This document shows positions 1 through 10,093 of a DNA stretch of 64,000 bases, piece after piece. Position numbers and translations under genes: made by a program. This DNA is from Nitrosopumilus sp. (GTDB lineage Archaea; Thermoproteota; Nitrososphaeria; Nitrososphaerales; Nitrosopumilaceae), in NCBI GenBank assembly GCA_965214775.1, contig OZ243974.1:544001-608000 (forward strand), written 5' to 3'. The notes below the pieces were generated by a model. That model had not been told where the DNA came from. It did no database searches and was given only the letters and a program-made list of their open reading frames with translations. Each line of letters opens with the position of its first letter. Positions within the stretch are counted from its first letter, which is position 1.

Positions 1-236
1 CTGCCGTCTTGTGACTCTAAAGATTCTGAGCCAATGCTAATACTTCCGATAGAGTAACCGGCATTTTCTGTTTTGCGTGCAATGATTTGAGCTACGTCTA
101 CAGCACGTCCAATGCTGAGTCCTCTAGCTTTGATGTTGACGGCAGGCAAGTTTGCCAATTGAATCAATGTTGATGTAACATATGCCATCAATGGCTTCTT
201 ACCGATGAATATGGTGTCTCTTGCTTCGGTTGACAT
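1..236 (-). CDS. alba: DNA/RNA-binding protein Alba (3' end runs off window)
   Basis: Manual translation from ATG at 236: MSTEARDTIFIGKKPLMAYVTSTLIQLANLPAVNIKARGLSIGRAVDVAQII; carries Alba motifs IGKKP.M.YV and KARG..I.RAVDVA. Confidence 0.95.
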   Translation of the reverse strand, partial: MSTEARDTIFIGKKPLMAYVTSTLIQLANLPAVNIKARGLSIGRAVDVAQIIARKTENAGYSIGSISIGSESLESQDG

Positions 237-349
237 GTAAGACTTGGTATTTAAGGATAATTTAAAGCTAAAAAAGGATGTCTGTGAGTCAGTTAAAAAA
301 ATGGAAAATTCGAACCGATATTAACTAGAAGATATGATTTTATTCATAA

Positions 350-886
350 TTGGAAAAGATCGCCAAGATATTGGAAAATGGAAGCAGTGAAGAAAAAATC
401 CAGGTCTTGGAAAAATTGGAATCGGCAAGCGAGCCAGAAATTCTAGAGAAAATTATTTCAAAATTGGATGATGATGACATCAAAGTCAGGGGCCAGGCGT
501 TTAGTTCACTTTTGCTAAATAAGAATAAAATTTCAGACTTTTTGATAAGCAATTTAAAGTCTGCAAGCAAGAACATCCGGGGTTTTTCCTTGCTTGTTTT
601 GGCAAACAGGAATGAGACAGATGCGATTCCAGAGATCATCAAGATGGTTGGAGATGAGCGCTCAATGGTCAGAACGTGCGCGATAGGGGCGTTAAATTTT
701 CTAAAGGCAAAAGATGCAAGAGAAATATTTTTGAAATCAATCAAGGACAAAAACCTAGAAGTCAGAAAAAGCGCGGTTCAAGCAATCATAGATCTCAGAA
801 TTCCGATAAGAGAAGATCAAATCAGTGAAATTGTCACAGAAAATGACAAAGAGATTGAAAAGTTAATTTTGCGATTAAAAAGTTAG
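350..886 (+). CDS. HEAT/PBS-lyase repeat protein
   Basis: Repeated LDDDDIKVRGQA / VGDERSMVRTCA / IKDKNLEVRKSA helical motifs. Confidence 0.85.
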   Translation: MEKIAKILENGSSEEKIQVLEKLESASEPEILEKIISKLDDDDIKVRGQAFSSLLLNKNKISDFLISNLKSASKNIRGFSLLVLANRNETDAIPEIIKMVGDERSMVRTCAIGALNFLKAKDAREIFLKSIKDKNLEVRKSAVQAIIDLRIPIREDQISEIVTENDKEIEKLILRLKS

Positions 887-1047
887 TGGATCAAAAGAGG
901 GTGGAATCCACACGGATTCAGACCCCCGATCACGCAAAAGATATAGCAACGAGCAGAAGTTTTTGAGTCAAAACATGGTCAGATTGCCCGTGAAAGACCT
1001 CAATTATTTATGAGCGTTGCTATAGAAGGTGATTGGAACGCTTACAA
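886..1047. repeat. Degenerate att-like junction, homologous to 11378-11458 and interrupted by a MITE
   Basis: Shares TTCAGACCCCCGATCACGCAAA and GATTGGAACGCTTACA with the 11378 site; begins right after the last core-like gene. Confidence 0.6.
942..1024. mobile_element. 83-bp MITE, internal-deletion derivative of the IS630 at 8952-10061
   Basis: Ends TATAGCAACG...CGTTGCTATA and subterminal sequences match both ends of that IS; the empty-site equivalent is visible at 11421-11458. Confidence 0.9.
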
Positions 1048-1121
1048 TGTTCGTGCACTATTTTTTGTTTTTAAAAATCACAGAAGATAAAAATAAACTG
1101 TTTTTTAACTGGTTGGTTTAA

Positions 1122-1203
1122 TAGACTTTATGCGTAATCGGTTCAGATCCAGGATTGTTACGAACAAATTCGCCTCATCCAGGTCGATTACGCATAAAGT
1201 CTA
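1122..1203. mobile_element. MITE family A (82 bp, TA-bounded)
   Basis: TIR TAGACTTTATGCGTAATCG/CGATTACGCATAAAGTCTA; other copies at 24685, 26365, 48147. Confidence 0.85.
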
Positions 1204-1246
1204 ATACAGTTTCAATCGGCAGTTACTCAACTTGGGCATTTATGCA

Positions 1247-1334
1247 TAGTGCGTGCAGTTGAAAATCGAATATTTTTTTGGCGAAATAGGCACGACGTGT
1301 CAAAATTATATTCCGTTTTTTGATGTTGGTACTA
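1247..1334. mobile_element. MITE-like dispersed repeat family C
   Basis: Near-identical to 29366-29453; diverged copies at ~54592-54681 and ~48071-48146 (inverted). Confidence 0.75.
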
Positions 1335-1367
1335 CGCTCTGATTTCCACCCGTCGTGCAGGAGCCAT

Positions 1368-1425
1368 AATGATGATGATGATGATGATGATGCTCATTAC
1401 CATCAGGATGATGATGATGATGATG
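1368..1425. repeat. (GAT)n trinucleotide microsatellite, two tracts
   Basis: Two runs of about 8 and 6 ATG/GAT units. Confidence 0.9.
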
Positions 1426-1605
1426 CTCATCCCCGACGCGTGGTGATGGTGTGCACGCGCTCTGGCCGACCCATATGGCATCTCTGATTTTTTCGGAGTT
1501 ATTCTGTAGAAATGAGCGACTAGAAAGGTTTGATGTTGTTATTGTATGAATTTGCTGACGAATTCTACGACAATGTTATTGCTGACAGGCTCGTGATAAC
1601 ATGTA

Positions 1606-4600
1606 TTGGCTGCTTTACTGTATCATTTCACCCTCCTGCTTGGCGTGATGGCGTTGCTTCTTTGCGCAGCAGAAGGGACTGCCACCGCGTATGCCGACTC
1701 TGCCCTCTTTGTCTCAGCAGAAAACCCCCGCTTTGAAAATCACTTTGCCGGCTCCATGGTAGTCGAGGTTGCAGTGTTTGATGACTCGATCAATGAGGTT
1801 GGAGAGGACAGGGGGGAGCCTGATGTCACGGTTAACGGGGATGCACTCAGGATGGTCCAGGCCACTGACGGAAACTGGTACGCCTATTTTGCAAGTACAG
1901 ACTCTGCAAAGGCCGCCGATCAGACGTCCCTTGATGGTGGCGTTGCAGGCAGGGGACTGGACTTTGGTGCGTTCTGCGGGGAGGATACCGGCGCGTATGT
2001 TTTTGGCGTCAGCTTTTCTGAGACCGATGGGATATCTGTCCCAAGCAGTACCGGACTGGCCGGATTTACAAACGGTAAAGCAGGTCTTTCTTCCTGTACC
2101 GGCAGTCTGACTGCAGCAGGAGATAACCTTAACAACGTCGTCCGAAAGGCAAAGCCGGTCAATACAAACCCTGCAGTTGCTCCTGGCCAGATAGGCCTAG
2201 ATCCCAGCGCCTGGCCGGTCATCCAGCTTTATTCGTTTGGTGACAAAGATGACGTTGCAGTCCGGTACGACTTTGGCGGCGGATCAAAGACGGTGGATCT
2301 CCACTATGACGAGATTCCAAACGTCTCCCTTGACATGGACAGGGACGTCTATCCTCCAAGCTCCGAGGTCTTTGTTACCATATCTGACGTGCAGCTGAAC
2401 CAGGATCCTACCGATGAGGATTCCTGGACGTTTGCAGTAGGCGACACTTCTGCTGTGTTCTACAGCGCGTTTGCCGGCACCGGTTCTATGTCAGGTAGTG
2501 GCGGTGGTGGTGGCGGCGGTAGCGATCCCAGACTGGTGAATCTCCTGCCATATCTGGACGGCCTGGGATTCCATGACAACGGGCTGTTTTCAATGTCTGC
2601 AAGCTCCATTGTATCGCTGGGGACAAATCACAACCAGCCGTCAACCTTTGTCTCTGACGGCATTACAACCTATTCTGAAATCGTCACCTTTGCCGAGACA
2701 CGACCCAACACGGGAATTTTTGATACCTCTGACAGTGGCAATGACTCTGTAGTTGAGATCATCCCTGATGCCCCTAGGGGCAGGGCCGACTACATACAGT
2801 ACAACGGCCGGTCGCTCCCGGTCTTGTCCGGCTATTCGACTGCATCTGTGGCAACCGGCCCTGATGGCGGTGATGCTGCTACTGGTGCGGACGCATCCAT
2901 CTCTGTTCCCGAATCCTGGGCCCCGGGAACGGAGATTCCGATAACCGTATTTGATGATGATCAGAACGTAAACTCCGGACTTCGTGACAGCCTTGATCTG
3001 TTCAGCAGCACCTCGATTATCCCGACAATTGTTATTGGGAGTCCTGCCACCCTGGAGTCTGCCTCTGATGTGAGGATTTACGAGTCCTCCACTGACACGC
3101 TGTCTGCAGGAACAGGCATCCCATCATCAACCCCAGATGACGGCTCTGCACGGATGTTTTTGGACACAAGAAGGGCCGCCGTGCTGACCACCTTTGAAAA
3201 GCTGTCGATAAGCCTGGGAATGACTGCCTCCTCGCTCGGGGATATCTTGATTGACGGTACCGGGGAGATGGGCACAAACTGGTTCAACTATGATCTTCGC
3301 TCGCTTAACCGAGATCTGGATCTGGACGACATATCTGATGCCAGCATCTCGCTTTATTTCGGAGGGCTCTCTGACGACACCTCCCGCGTAGTGATTGCCG
3401 ATTCCGGGGATCTGAGTCAGTTTCAGGGACTTGTCCAAATAAAGGACGCCGACGTGGACTCGATTCTGGCCCAGTCAGGAGCAGCATATCTGGTCATAAA
3501 CTTTGATGACTCAAACGACAGTGTGTCTGTGGCCTCGATTTCAGCAGGCAAAGGCGACGTCCAGCCCATCGTCTTTGACATCTTTTCATTTGGCCTGCCA
3601 AGGGAGGGAAATCAGGACATCAACAACTCCATCTACAGATTTGAGCTAAGGGAGACTGCAAGAGACTCCGGGGCATTTGCAGGAACCGTGGAATATGCGG
3701 TATCAAACCAGCTGAACATCATCACACCTGACCTGGTCAATACACTGCGCCCGATAGGCGATGACGTAAAGTTTGTTGTAACAGGCAGGATGTCAGACGA
3801 GGACGGAATAACAATTTCATACTCTGACATATCTGGCGTGGGAATCCTCACACCTGCTGCGGTAAAATCGTCGATATCCACCCACTCTGGCACGGTATCT
3901 GTTGACAAGCAGTCATATGGATTTGGGAGACCTGTCACGATAACCCTCACTGATCCTGATCTTAACCTGAGACACGATCGGATTGACATCTACTCTGTAA
4001 TTAATAGTCCTGACTCGGAGAACGTCGATGCCGTCGGCGGTTCGGGCGACGAGCTGCTGCTGGAGGTAAGAATCAAGGGAATAAAGTACGGACGGTGCAC
4101 CATTGATGGTGTCGAGCATGGAGGACTGGCATCCTCCGGCTTTTCTCTGGCGGAGACAGGTGCCGACTCTGGCGTCTTTAAGGGCGTCTTTAAGATGCCA
4201 TCGCAAATATGTAACGAGGGCGGCACAGGACTGGTCTACACCTCCGGCGGCACCATCGATGTGAGGTACTTTGACTTTAGGGACTCGTCAGGCAAGCCGG
4301 ACATTGTCTCTTTGTCCAGACAGCCTGCAATGTCTGATGATGAGCGCCATTACCACCGGCAGTTGCCCATGCTCAACTCTCACACATTTGACCTGCCGGT
4401 ATTTCCGGACTCTACTGATGTCGTCTTGAGTGGAAGCATCGCCGGACACAAGCGCGGTGTCCCCGTGGAGGTAGTACTGACACTGCCAAACGGGCAGCAG
4501 CAGGGCTTTGCCATGCTTCCCTCCGGCACCGGCAGCTATCGCGGGCTTTTTACGCTTGACTCGAATTCCCTTCCCGGCGACTATACCGTCGATGTCTACT

Positions 4601-4929
4601 ATCAGGATGTAAAGATTGGCGAGAACCGCTTTTCTCTGAGCGCCAAGATTGTCACGGAATCATCAGCGTCAGCATCAGCGTCTTCCAAGGAGGCAGGCGC
4701 CCTACTTGGATGGCTGGATGGCGGCAGTCCGGATCAGGCATATCGTGACGTGGTCAGATCTTTGTTAGATTCCAAATATCACCGACACGAAAATGCCGCA
4801 AATGACGACGGGCCAATTCCCGCATGGCTAAAAAACCATGCCAGGTACTGGATCGACGGCCTGGTATCTGATAAAGAGTATCTGGACGGGCTTGAATTTC
4901 TAGTCAAAAATGGCATAATTTCGATATAA
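1606..4929 (+). CDS. Large secreted S-layer-like/surface protein with thaumarchaeal C-terminal domain
   Basis: Signal peptide; repeated L.ET..DSG.F.G and I.D.D.N beta-domain motifs; C-terminal IPAWLKNHARYWIDGLVSDKEYLDGLEFLVKNGII. Confidence 0.85.
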   Translation: MAALLYHFTLLLGVMALLLCAAEGTATAYADSALFVSAENPRFENHFAGSMVVEVAVFDDSINEVGEDRGEPDVTVNGDALRMVQATDGNWYAYFASTDSAKAADQTSLDGGVAGRGLDFGAFCGEDTGAYVFGVSFSETDGISVPSSTGLAGFTNGKAGLSSCTGSLTAAGDNLNNVVRKAKPVNTNPAVAPGQIGLDPSAWPVIQLYSFGDKDDVAVRYDFGGGSKTVDLHYDEIPNVSLDMDRDVYPPSSEVFVTISDVQLNQDPTDEDSWTFAVGDTSAVFYSAFAGTGSMSGSGGGGGGGSDPRLVNLLPYLDGLGFHDNGLFSMSASSIVSLGTNHNQPSTFVSDGITTYSEIVTFAETRPNTGIFDTSDSGNDSVVEIIPDAPRGRADYIQYNGRSLPVLSGYSTASVATGPDGGDAATGADASISVPESWAPGTEIPITVFDDDQNVNSGLRDSLDLFSSTSIIPTIVIGSPATLESASDVRIYESSTDTLSAGTGIPSSTPDDGSARMFLDTRRAAVLTTFEKLSISLGMTASSLGDILIDGTGEMGTNWFNYDLRSLNRDLDLDDISDASISLYFGGLSDDTSRVVIADSGDLSQFQGLVQIKDADVDSILAQSGAAYLVINFDDSNDSVSVASISAGKGDVQPIVFDIFSFGLPREGNQDINNSIYRFELRETARDSGAFAGTVEYAVSNQLNIITPDLVNTLRPIGDDVKFVVTGRMSDEDGITISYSDISGVGILTPAAVKSSISTHSGTVSVDKQSYGFGRPVTITLTDPDLNLRHDRIDIYSVINSPDSENVDAVGGSGDELLLEVRIKGIKYGRCTIDGVEHGGLASSGFSLAETGADSGVFKGVFKMPSQICNEGGTGLVYTSGGTIDVRYFDFRDSSGKPDIVSLSRQPAMSDDERHYHRQLPMLNSHTFDLPVFPDSTDVVLSGSIAGHKRGVPVEVVLTLPNGQQQGFAMLPSGTGSYRGLFTLDSNSLPGDYTVDVYYQDVKIGENRFSLSAKIVTESSASASASSKEAGALLGWLDGGSPDQAYRDVVRSLLDSKYHRHENAANDDGPIPAWLKNHARYWIDGLVSDKEYLDGLEFLVKNGIISI

Positions 4930-5247
4930 TCAAGTTGATCTTTGTTTCATTTAGTAAACTCGTAAAAAAAGGAACCGTTTTGACGTAACCATATGTGTCT
5001 CAAAAACAAAATTCAGATGGTACCAAGATAAATTGCAATGCAAACAAACAGACGCTATATGAAATCTTATCTGTATCCTGTGATCTAACATTACTGTTGG
5101 GCCTGAGTCGATATGAGCTTACCATGCACAAAGGTGTCAAACAGACTGACTTGCAACAACAGCAGGCGGAAAGCAATATATCGCGCAGACGGTGAATGGG
5201 AGATTCCGCCCGGATCAGGCATTTTGATCAAAAAGGAGGTGATAACA

Positions 5248-5783
5248 TGATCAACGTAGGAATAGACGTACACAAAAAGAGATGCGTTGCAGCAGTAAAG
5301 GACGACTCGGGCAAGCTGCTTGAGCAGTCCACGTTTGAGAACAGCGTTTTGGCAACAACGAATTTTGCAACATATCTCAAGGAACAATACCGCGGACAGC
5401 TGCCAATAAAGGCAGTATGCGAGTCCACTGCCAACTATTGGATTATCGTACATGACACGCTTGAGGACTGCGGGATAGACACCGTGCTGGTACATCCGGC
5501 AAAGGTCAAGGTGATAGCGCACGCCAAGATAAAGGACGACCGCGTGGATGCAAATATACTTGCCGACCTGCTCAGAGCAGACATGCTGCCAGAGTCGTTT
5601 GTGCCTGACAAGCACTACAGGGATCTCAGAATGCTGGGCAGGACCAGAACCGGCAAGACGTCAGAGGCCACTAGGTGCAAGAACAAGATACGCGCCATAC
5701 TTGCAAAGCATGACTATGATCTCGGAGTGGATCCCTGTAAGTGGGAACGATTTTGGCAGTGTTTTATGGGGGTTGTTTCCTAA
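5248..5783 (+). pseudogene. IS110-family transposase, N-terminal DEDD domain only (truncated)
   Basis: VGIDVHK, VCESTANYW, KIKDDRVDA..LA motifs; C-terminal Tnp20 domain absent; ends in a family D repeat. Confidence 0.9.
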
Positions 5784-5899
5784 TTCCACCTGCCTGACTC
5801 CATCCGCATGTTTTTCTGAATTTTCGCCCTCTTGCATGACTGATCCACGTGGCATTTCAACGGTTTTCAGGAGTTCTGGCGAATTAGGTGGCAATCCCG
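5768..5899. mobile_element. MITE-like repeat family D
   Basis: Imperfect TIR GGG(G/T)TG...CCTAATT / AATTAGG..CAATCCC; homologous copy ~32780-32902, partial copies ~17838, 37079, 40489. Confidence 0.6.
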
Positions 5900-6129
5900 G
5901 TCAGCTGCCAAAATGCTCCCATGGCTTTCTTTCTGGATGGAGATAGCACTGGAGGCGCTCACTCCATTCCAGCGTAGACAGATCAATGCCCCCAAAGGTC
6001 ACCGCATCAGACGGCCATATGCACGGCCCTCCAAGATGCCCGTATACCAAAAAGGCAAGCATCATCCTGCCGTATGTCAGCCCCATGAAAAAACCCAGTA
6101 CGGTTCCTAAAACTAACAAAAAATAGGGT

Positions 6130-6999
6130 CTAGTAGTACTCATGCCACCACGGAACATACAATCCCCAATAAGGAGATGGCCATACATATGACAGTAATT
6201 CTGGATTCGGTTCTTCATCTTGGACGGTGTATGAAAAATCGCTGTTAATTCCGGCATGATCGCGAAACGCGCCCGTATCACAAAGTCCGCCATAATTGCT
6301 GCTTGCTACAACTTTGGTGAACTCGTACGGTTGTGATGCAGCACCGTTCCAAGCTGCATATTCGGGCACCATGTGAAATCCCTGATCTTCTAGAATTTGC
6401 TGTGTGCTGCTTAGAGAGTCTCCACCGTAGTGAGTGGACGGATTCGGATCCGATAGGTGTGGATCCAGAAAGTTGCCTCCACACCAAGTAGGCCATGCCC
6501 CATGATGCATAGGCACTATTTTGTCATTCAATATGTTGGGCGTTACGCTCAGCGTAGTGCCAACAGAACCGCCATTACCATCAGCAAACAGTTTTCTGAA
6601 CTCGCCTGATTCAAAGTCTGATATGATATCATGAATTCTTTGATCGGTACCGGTTTGTGACTCGTTTACCTGTCCTGTGGGCCCCACCACATCCATAACC
6701 CTGTCATTATACGATGCGTATCTTTGTGCTATCTGGATGTCCAACTCGCCAACATAGGGATCGTTTTGAGAGGATGCCATGTCAATGTCAAAATGATAAT
6801 CTGAATCTATCAAGATGTGCCTTTCCATTACGTTAAACATCCGAAGAATATCAGATTTTTCATACACGGTAGAATCATGACCATCATCAATGCCACCAGG
6901 TGCTTGTTGTGCAAATGCGTTTGCCATTCCTACGGGGGTCAACAAAACCACCGCAACGGCCAGCATAGTAGGCAATACTGTCTTTGTTTTGTAATTCAT
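6130..6999 (-). CDS. Secreted protein of unknown function
   Basis: Likely start ATG 6999 gives signal peptide MNYKTKTVLPTMLAVAVVLLTPVGMANAFAQ; aromatic C-terminus. Confidence 0.75.
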   Translation of the reverse strand: MNYKTKTVLPTMLAVAVVLLTPVGMANAFAQQAPGGIDDGHDSTVYEKSDILRMFNVMERHILIDSDYHFDIDMASSQNDPYVGELDIQIAQRYASYNDRVMDVVGPTGQVNESQTGTDQRIHDIISDFESGEFRKLFADGNGGSVGTTLSVTPNILNDKIVPMHHGAWPTWCGGNFLDPHLSDPNPSTHYGGDSLSSTQQILEDQGFHMVPEYAAWNGAASQPYEFTKVVASSNYGGLCDTGAFRDHAGINSDFSYTVQDEEPNPELLSYVWPSPYWGLYVPWWHEYY

Positions 7000-7162
7000 G
7001 TCGCCACCTGTATCACGACCACTTGTTATATAACAACTGCTAGCCGTCTGCGGTATGCCTTTTGCGCACGAAACGAGCAGGAACCGGATCCCGTACTCGT
7101 CAAATGGGTGCAGGAAGGATCGCCCCTGAAACGGCTGTCCCTGCCGGCGGATCTGTTTTGCG

Positions 7163-7549
7163 CTATTTTGCATGTTTTCTGATCATCTTCCACATGGTGT
7201 CTGGCTCGATGGGCTTGTTTATCATGCCCCTGAGGGAGGCTGCCTTTGCCCCTCCGTATTTTGCGTCGTCCACCATGTATCTTGAGGTAAAGACTATCCG
7301 GGCATCCTGATCGTGCTTTCTCAGCAGCAGAAAGGTCTCGTATCCGTCAATACCGGGCATCTTCACGTCCAGAAAGACGATGTCCGGGCCGAACTCGCGG
7401 TACCGCGACAGGGCATCATGGCCGTTCGTGGCCGGAAGCACGTTATGGCCTCCGCGTATCAGGATCAGCTGCAAGGACTCCAGAAAGTCAGTGTCGTCAT
7501 CTACGACCAGTATCCGCTTCCTGTTCACCGTGCCTGCCATCGTCAGCAC
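7163..7549 (-). CDS. Single-domain response regulator (CheY-like receiver)
   Basis: ILVVDDD, FLDVKMPGIDG, NKP motifs. Confidence 0.93.
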   Translation of the reverse strand: MLTMAGTVNRKRILVVDDDTDFLESLQLILIRGGHNVLPATNGHDALSRYREFGPDIVFLDVKMPGIDGYETFLLLRKHDQDARIVFTSRYMVDDAKYGGAKAASLRGMINKPIEPDTMWKMIRKHAK

Positions 7550-8849
7550 CCCTATCTTTTGGAAGGCGTATTGTAAACGTTACCCGGTCATTGTCGCTGC
7601 TTGCTGTGATGGAGCCGTTGTGCCGCTCTATGATGTTCCTGCAGCTGGTGAGTCCGAGTCCTGTTCCCTGCATCTTTGTGGTAAACAGTGGATCAAACAC
7701 GCGGGCCATGTCGTCCTGTGTGATGCGGGATCCGGAGTTCTCAAACTCCAGTGTTACGGCGCCCTCTTTGCCAGGGCCGGCGTCATGCAGCCTGATCTCT
7801 ATGTGTCCCGGACTGTCGCCGATGGCCTGTACCGCGTTTAGCAGCAGGTTGACAAAGACAAACTCTAGCTTCTCGGCATCACACATCACCACCGTCATGC
7901 CGCCGCCGTGACCGTCACGGCCTTCAGGCAATCTCAGTTCGATGTTTGGCGGCACCGTTACAGCATCAAGGGATCTGTCCAAGACATCCAATACCGGCAC
8001 CGGCTCCAGAACCAGCGGGACGGCGCGCACGTAGTTCAGGACGCCCTCTATCTGGTGCGACATGCGCCGTATGGATCGGTTTATCCTGTGCATCTCCGCG
8101 TCCACCGAATTCTGCGGCATGTCTCCTTTCTGAATCATTCCCAGGGAGTTGCGTATGGTGCCAAGCGGGTTTCTCATGTCGTGGGCCATCATGGCCGCAA
8201 ACTCGCCTATGGTCGAGAACTTTTCCATCCTCACCCTTTCCTCCATGTGCATCCTAAACGTAGTCCAGATGAACACCACCAAAAGCACGTGTATTGCCAC
8301 GTTGACTGCCCCCAGAATCGCCTGCAGAGCCATCAGCTGTGCGGAGAGATCCTCTACGTCGTGGCCCAGCCTTTCGGTGAGTATGTCAGAGAGGGCAATC
8401 AGCCGGGCACCTGTCTGCTCAAAGTGCCCCACGTCTGCAGCCGATACGTTCTCCCCGGATGCCAGCAGTGCCGATGCGGTGTCCCTGTACTGTTCAAACA
8501 TGCCTGCCACGTCCCCCCAGCTGTCATCGAACCTGGGCGACAGCGGCGATATCTCGATGTCTGACATGCTTCCCCCACGCTTTAAGAAGTGGATGTTTTC
8601 CTCAAGATGACTGAGGACCTCGAATACTGCCGCATCCTCTGCCGTGCCGTGAAACAGCACGTGGTTCAGCTTGTTTTGCACCTCGCTTGTAAGAAGCCTG
8701 TTTTTTCCCGCAACGTTTACGGTGTTTCCGGTCAGAACCGTCTGCGACTCAAAGTACATTATTACCAGGAAGCTCGCTATGATCAGGGTGACCTGGAGAA
8801 AGACCACGGCTGCAATCTTGCGTACCAGCTCCATCCCGTTTCGTAACAT
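7497..8849 (-). CDS. Membrane sensor histidine kinase with PilJ/NarX-like sensor domain
   Basis: Two TM helices; VNVAGKNRLL; H-box AHDMRNPL; N-box NLLLNAVQA; FTTK.QGTGLGL. Start probably 8849 or 8834. Confidence 0.9.
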   Translation of the reverse strand: MLRNGMELVRKIAAVVFLQVTLIIASFLVIMYFESQTVLTGNTVNVAGKNRLLTSEVQNKLNHVLFHGTAEDAAVFEVLSHLEENIHFLKRGGSMSDIEISPLSPRFDDSWGDVAGMFEQYRDTASALLASGENVSAADVGHFEQTGARLIALSDILTERLGHDVEDLSAQLMALQAILGAVNVAIHVLLVVFIWTTFRMHMEERVRMEKFSTIGEFAAMMAHDMRNPLGTIRNSLGMIQKGDMPQNSVDAEMHRINRSIRRMSHQIEGVLNYVRAVPLVLEPVPVLDVLDRSLDAVTVPPNIELRLPEGRDGHGGGMTVVMCDAEKLEFVFVNLLLNAVQAIGDSPGHIEIRLHDAGPGKEGAVTLEFENSGSRITQDDMARVFDPLFTTKMQGTGLGLTSCRNIIERHNGSITASSDNDRVTFTIRLPKDRGADDGRHGEQEADTGRR

Positions 8850-8951
8850 GTTCTGGGAAATAAGGCTTCTTTGCTTTGTCCTGCGTGGGTAGATCCCGGA
8901 TCCTTGCGCGTTTCGTGCGCAAAAGGCATACCGCAAGCCGATATCAATTGC

Positions 8952-10061
8952 TATAGCAACGAGCATAAGTCTTTGAGCCAAAACAAGGTCATTCGAAAAG
9001 TATAATGATCACGTAACTGGCGCAGTATGTATGGCAAAAGAAACAGACATCCTGTCAGAGGCCATGCGCAAAGAAAAGGATGCCAAAGTCTACAAGAAGA
9101 TCATGGCGCTGATGTTTGTGCTAGAAGACGACATGGGCGTACCCGAGACTGCAAGAAAGATCCGGTGCAGTGAGAATTCCGTGCGTAACTGGCTGGCGAG
9201 GTTTTCGGAGGGCGGCATAGACGGTCTCCGGGATCTTCCCCGTTCCGGATGCAGGCCAAAGGTGGACAGGAAAAGTATTGCAGCCATAATGGATCTGTCT
9301 ACTGCATGCAAAAGTACCGATGTCATGACGGTACGCGATGACATAAGGGATGCCACCGGGACAGAATACAGCATAGAACATGTCCGGAGAATGATGCGCC
9401 AGCATGGCCTGTCGCGCCGCAAGGTGCAAAACATACATGTCAACCATGCCACCCCAAGCTCGGTATACTCGTGGCAGTGGTATCTTGAAAACGTGCGTAT
9501 TCCGTGCCTGAAAAACGACGGTTTTACGCTGGTGTCATCTGATGAGGCGTTCTTCGTGCAGGGCGCATATGACAGATACGTGTGGGGTCCGGTCGGCACC
9601 AGAAGCGTGGCATCGTACTCTGGAGACCACACAAAGGTGGCCGTGTTTGGAAGCATCGCAGAAGACGGCAGAAGGCTGTTCAGGACGTTTACGGGATCCT
9701 TTACGTCGGTGCAGTTCATAGAATGTCTGGAGGCGCTGCGCGCCAAGTTTGGTAAGGTTGCCGTCTTTTGCGACAGGTGGAGTGTGCACAGATCTACTGA
9801 TGTCGCAGAATATCTGGTCGACCATCCCTATGTCAAACTGATAATGATCCCGAAAGGATCGCCGTACCTCAATATCGTGGAAGAATGCTGGAACTTGGGC
9901 AAGCATTTTGTTTTCAGGGGGATAGTGTACAGGAAAATCAGCGAGCTACGGCATGCCATATCCGAGTACTACAGGACGGTGTCGTTTGCCCACCTTAGCA
10001 TGTACAAGTACATTTACAGATCGCCGGTCAAAGCCCTCAATTACTTATGACCGTTGCTATA
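8952..10061 (+). mobile_element. IS630-family insertion sequence
   Basis: TIR TATAGCAACG/CGTTGCTATA around a DDE transposase. Confidence 0.9.
9031..10050 (+). CDS. IS630-family transposase
   Basis: HTH WLARFSEGGIDGL..PRSG; SDEA, CDR...H, PKGSPYLNIVEECW. Confidence 0.92.
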   Translation: MAKETDILSEAMRKEKDAKVYKKIMALMFVLEDDMGVPETARKIRCSENSVRNWLARFSEGGIDGLRDLPRSGCRPKVDRKSIAAIMDLSTACKSTDVMTVRDDIRDATGTEYSIEHVRRMMRQHGLSRRKVQNIHVNHATPSSVYSWQWYLENVRIPCLKNDGFTLVSSDEAFFVQGAYDRYVWGPVGTRSVASYSGDHTKVAVFGSIAEDGRRLFRTFTGSFTSVQFIECLEALRAKFGKVAVFCDRWSVHRSTDVAEYLVDHPYVKLIMIPKGSPYLNIVEECWNLGKHFVFRGIVYRKISELRHAISEYYRTVSFAHLSMYKYIYRSPVKALNYL

Positions 10062-10093
10062 TATAACAAAGGCGTATAGTGACTGGTGAGAGC

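Larger units (their letters stand above)
7049..8935. mobile_element. Non-autonomous cassette bounded by 27-bp perfect inverted repeats, carrying a two-component system
   Basis: TGCGGTATGCCTTTTGCGCACGAAACG at 7049-7075 and its reverse complement at 8909-8935. Confidence 0.7.

Noticed and set aside
1307-1480. Poly-His peptide (EH6PDGNEH8) on the minus strand
   Set aside because: That frame has no start codon after the upstream stop; treated as a (GAT)n microsatellite.
7000-7173. Long N-terminal extensions of ORFs 6130-7173 and 7497-8981
   Set aside because: They run through the inverted repeats and IS end; signal/TM sequences indicate later starts.
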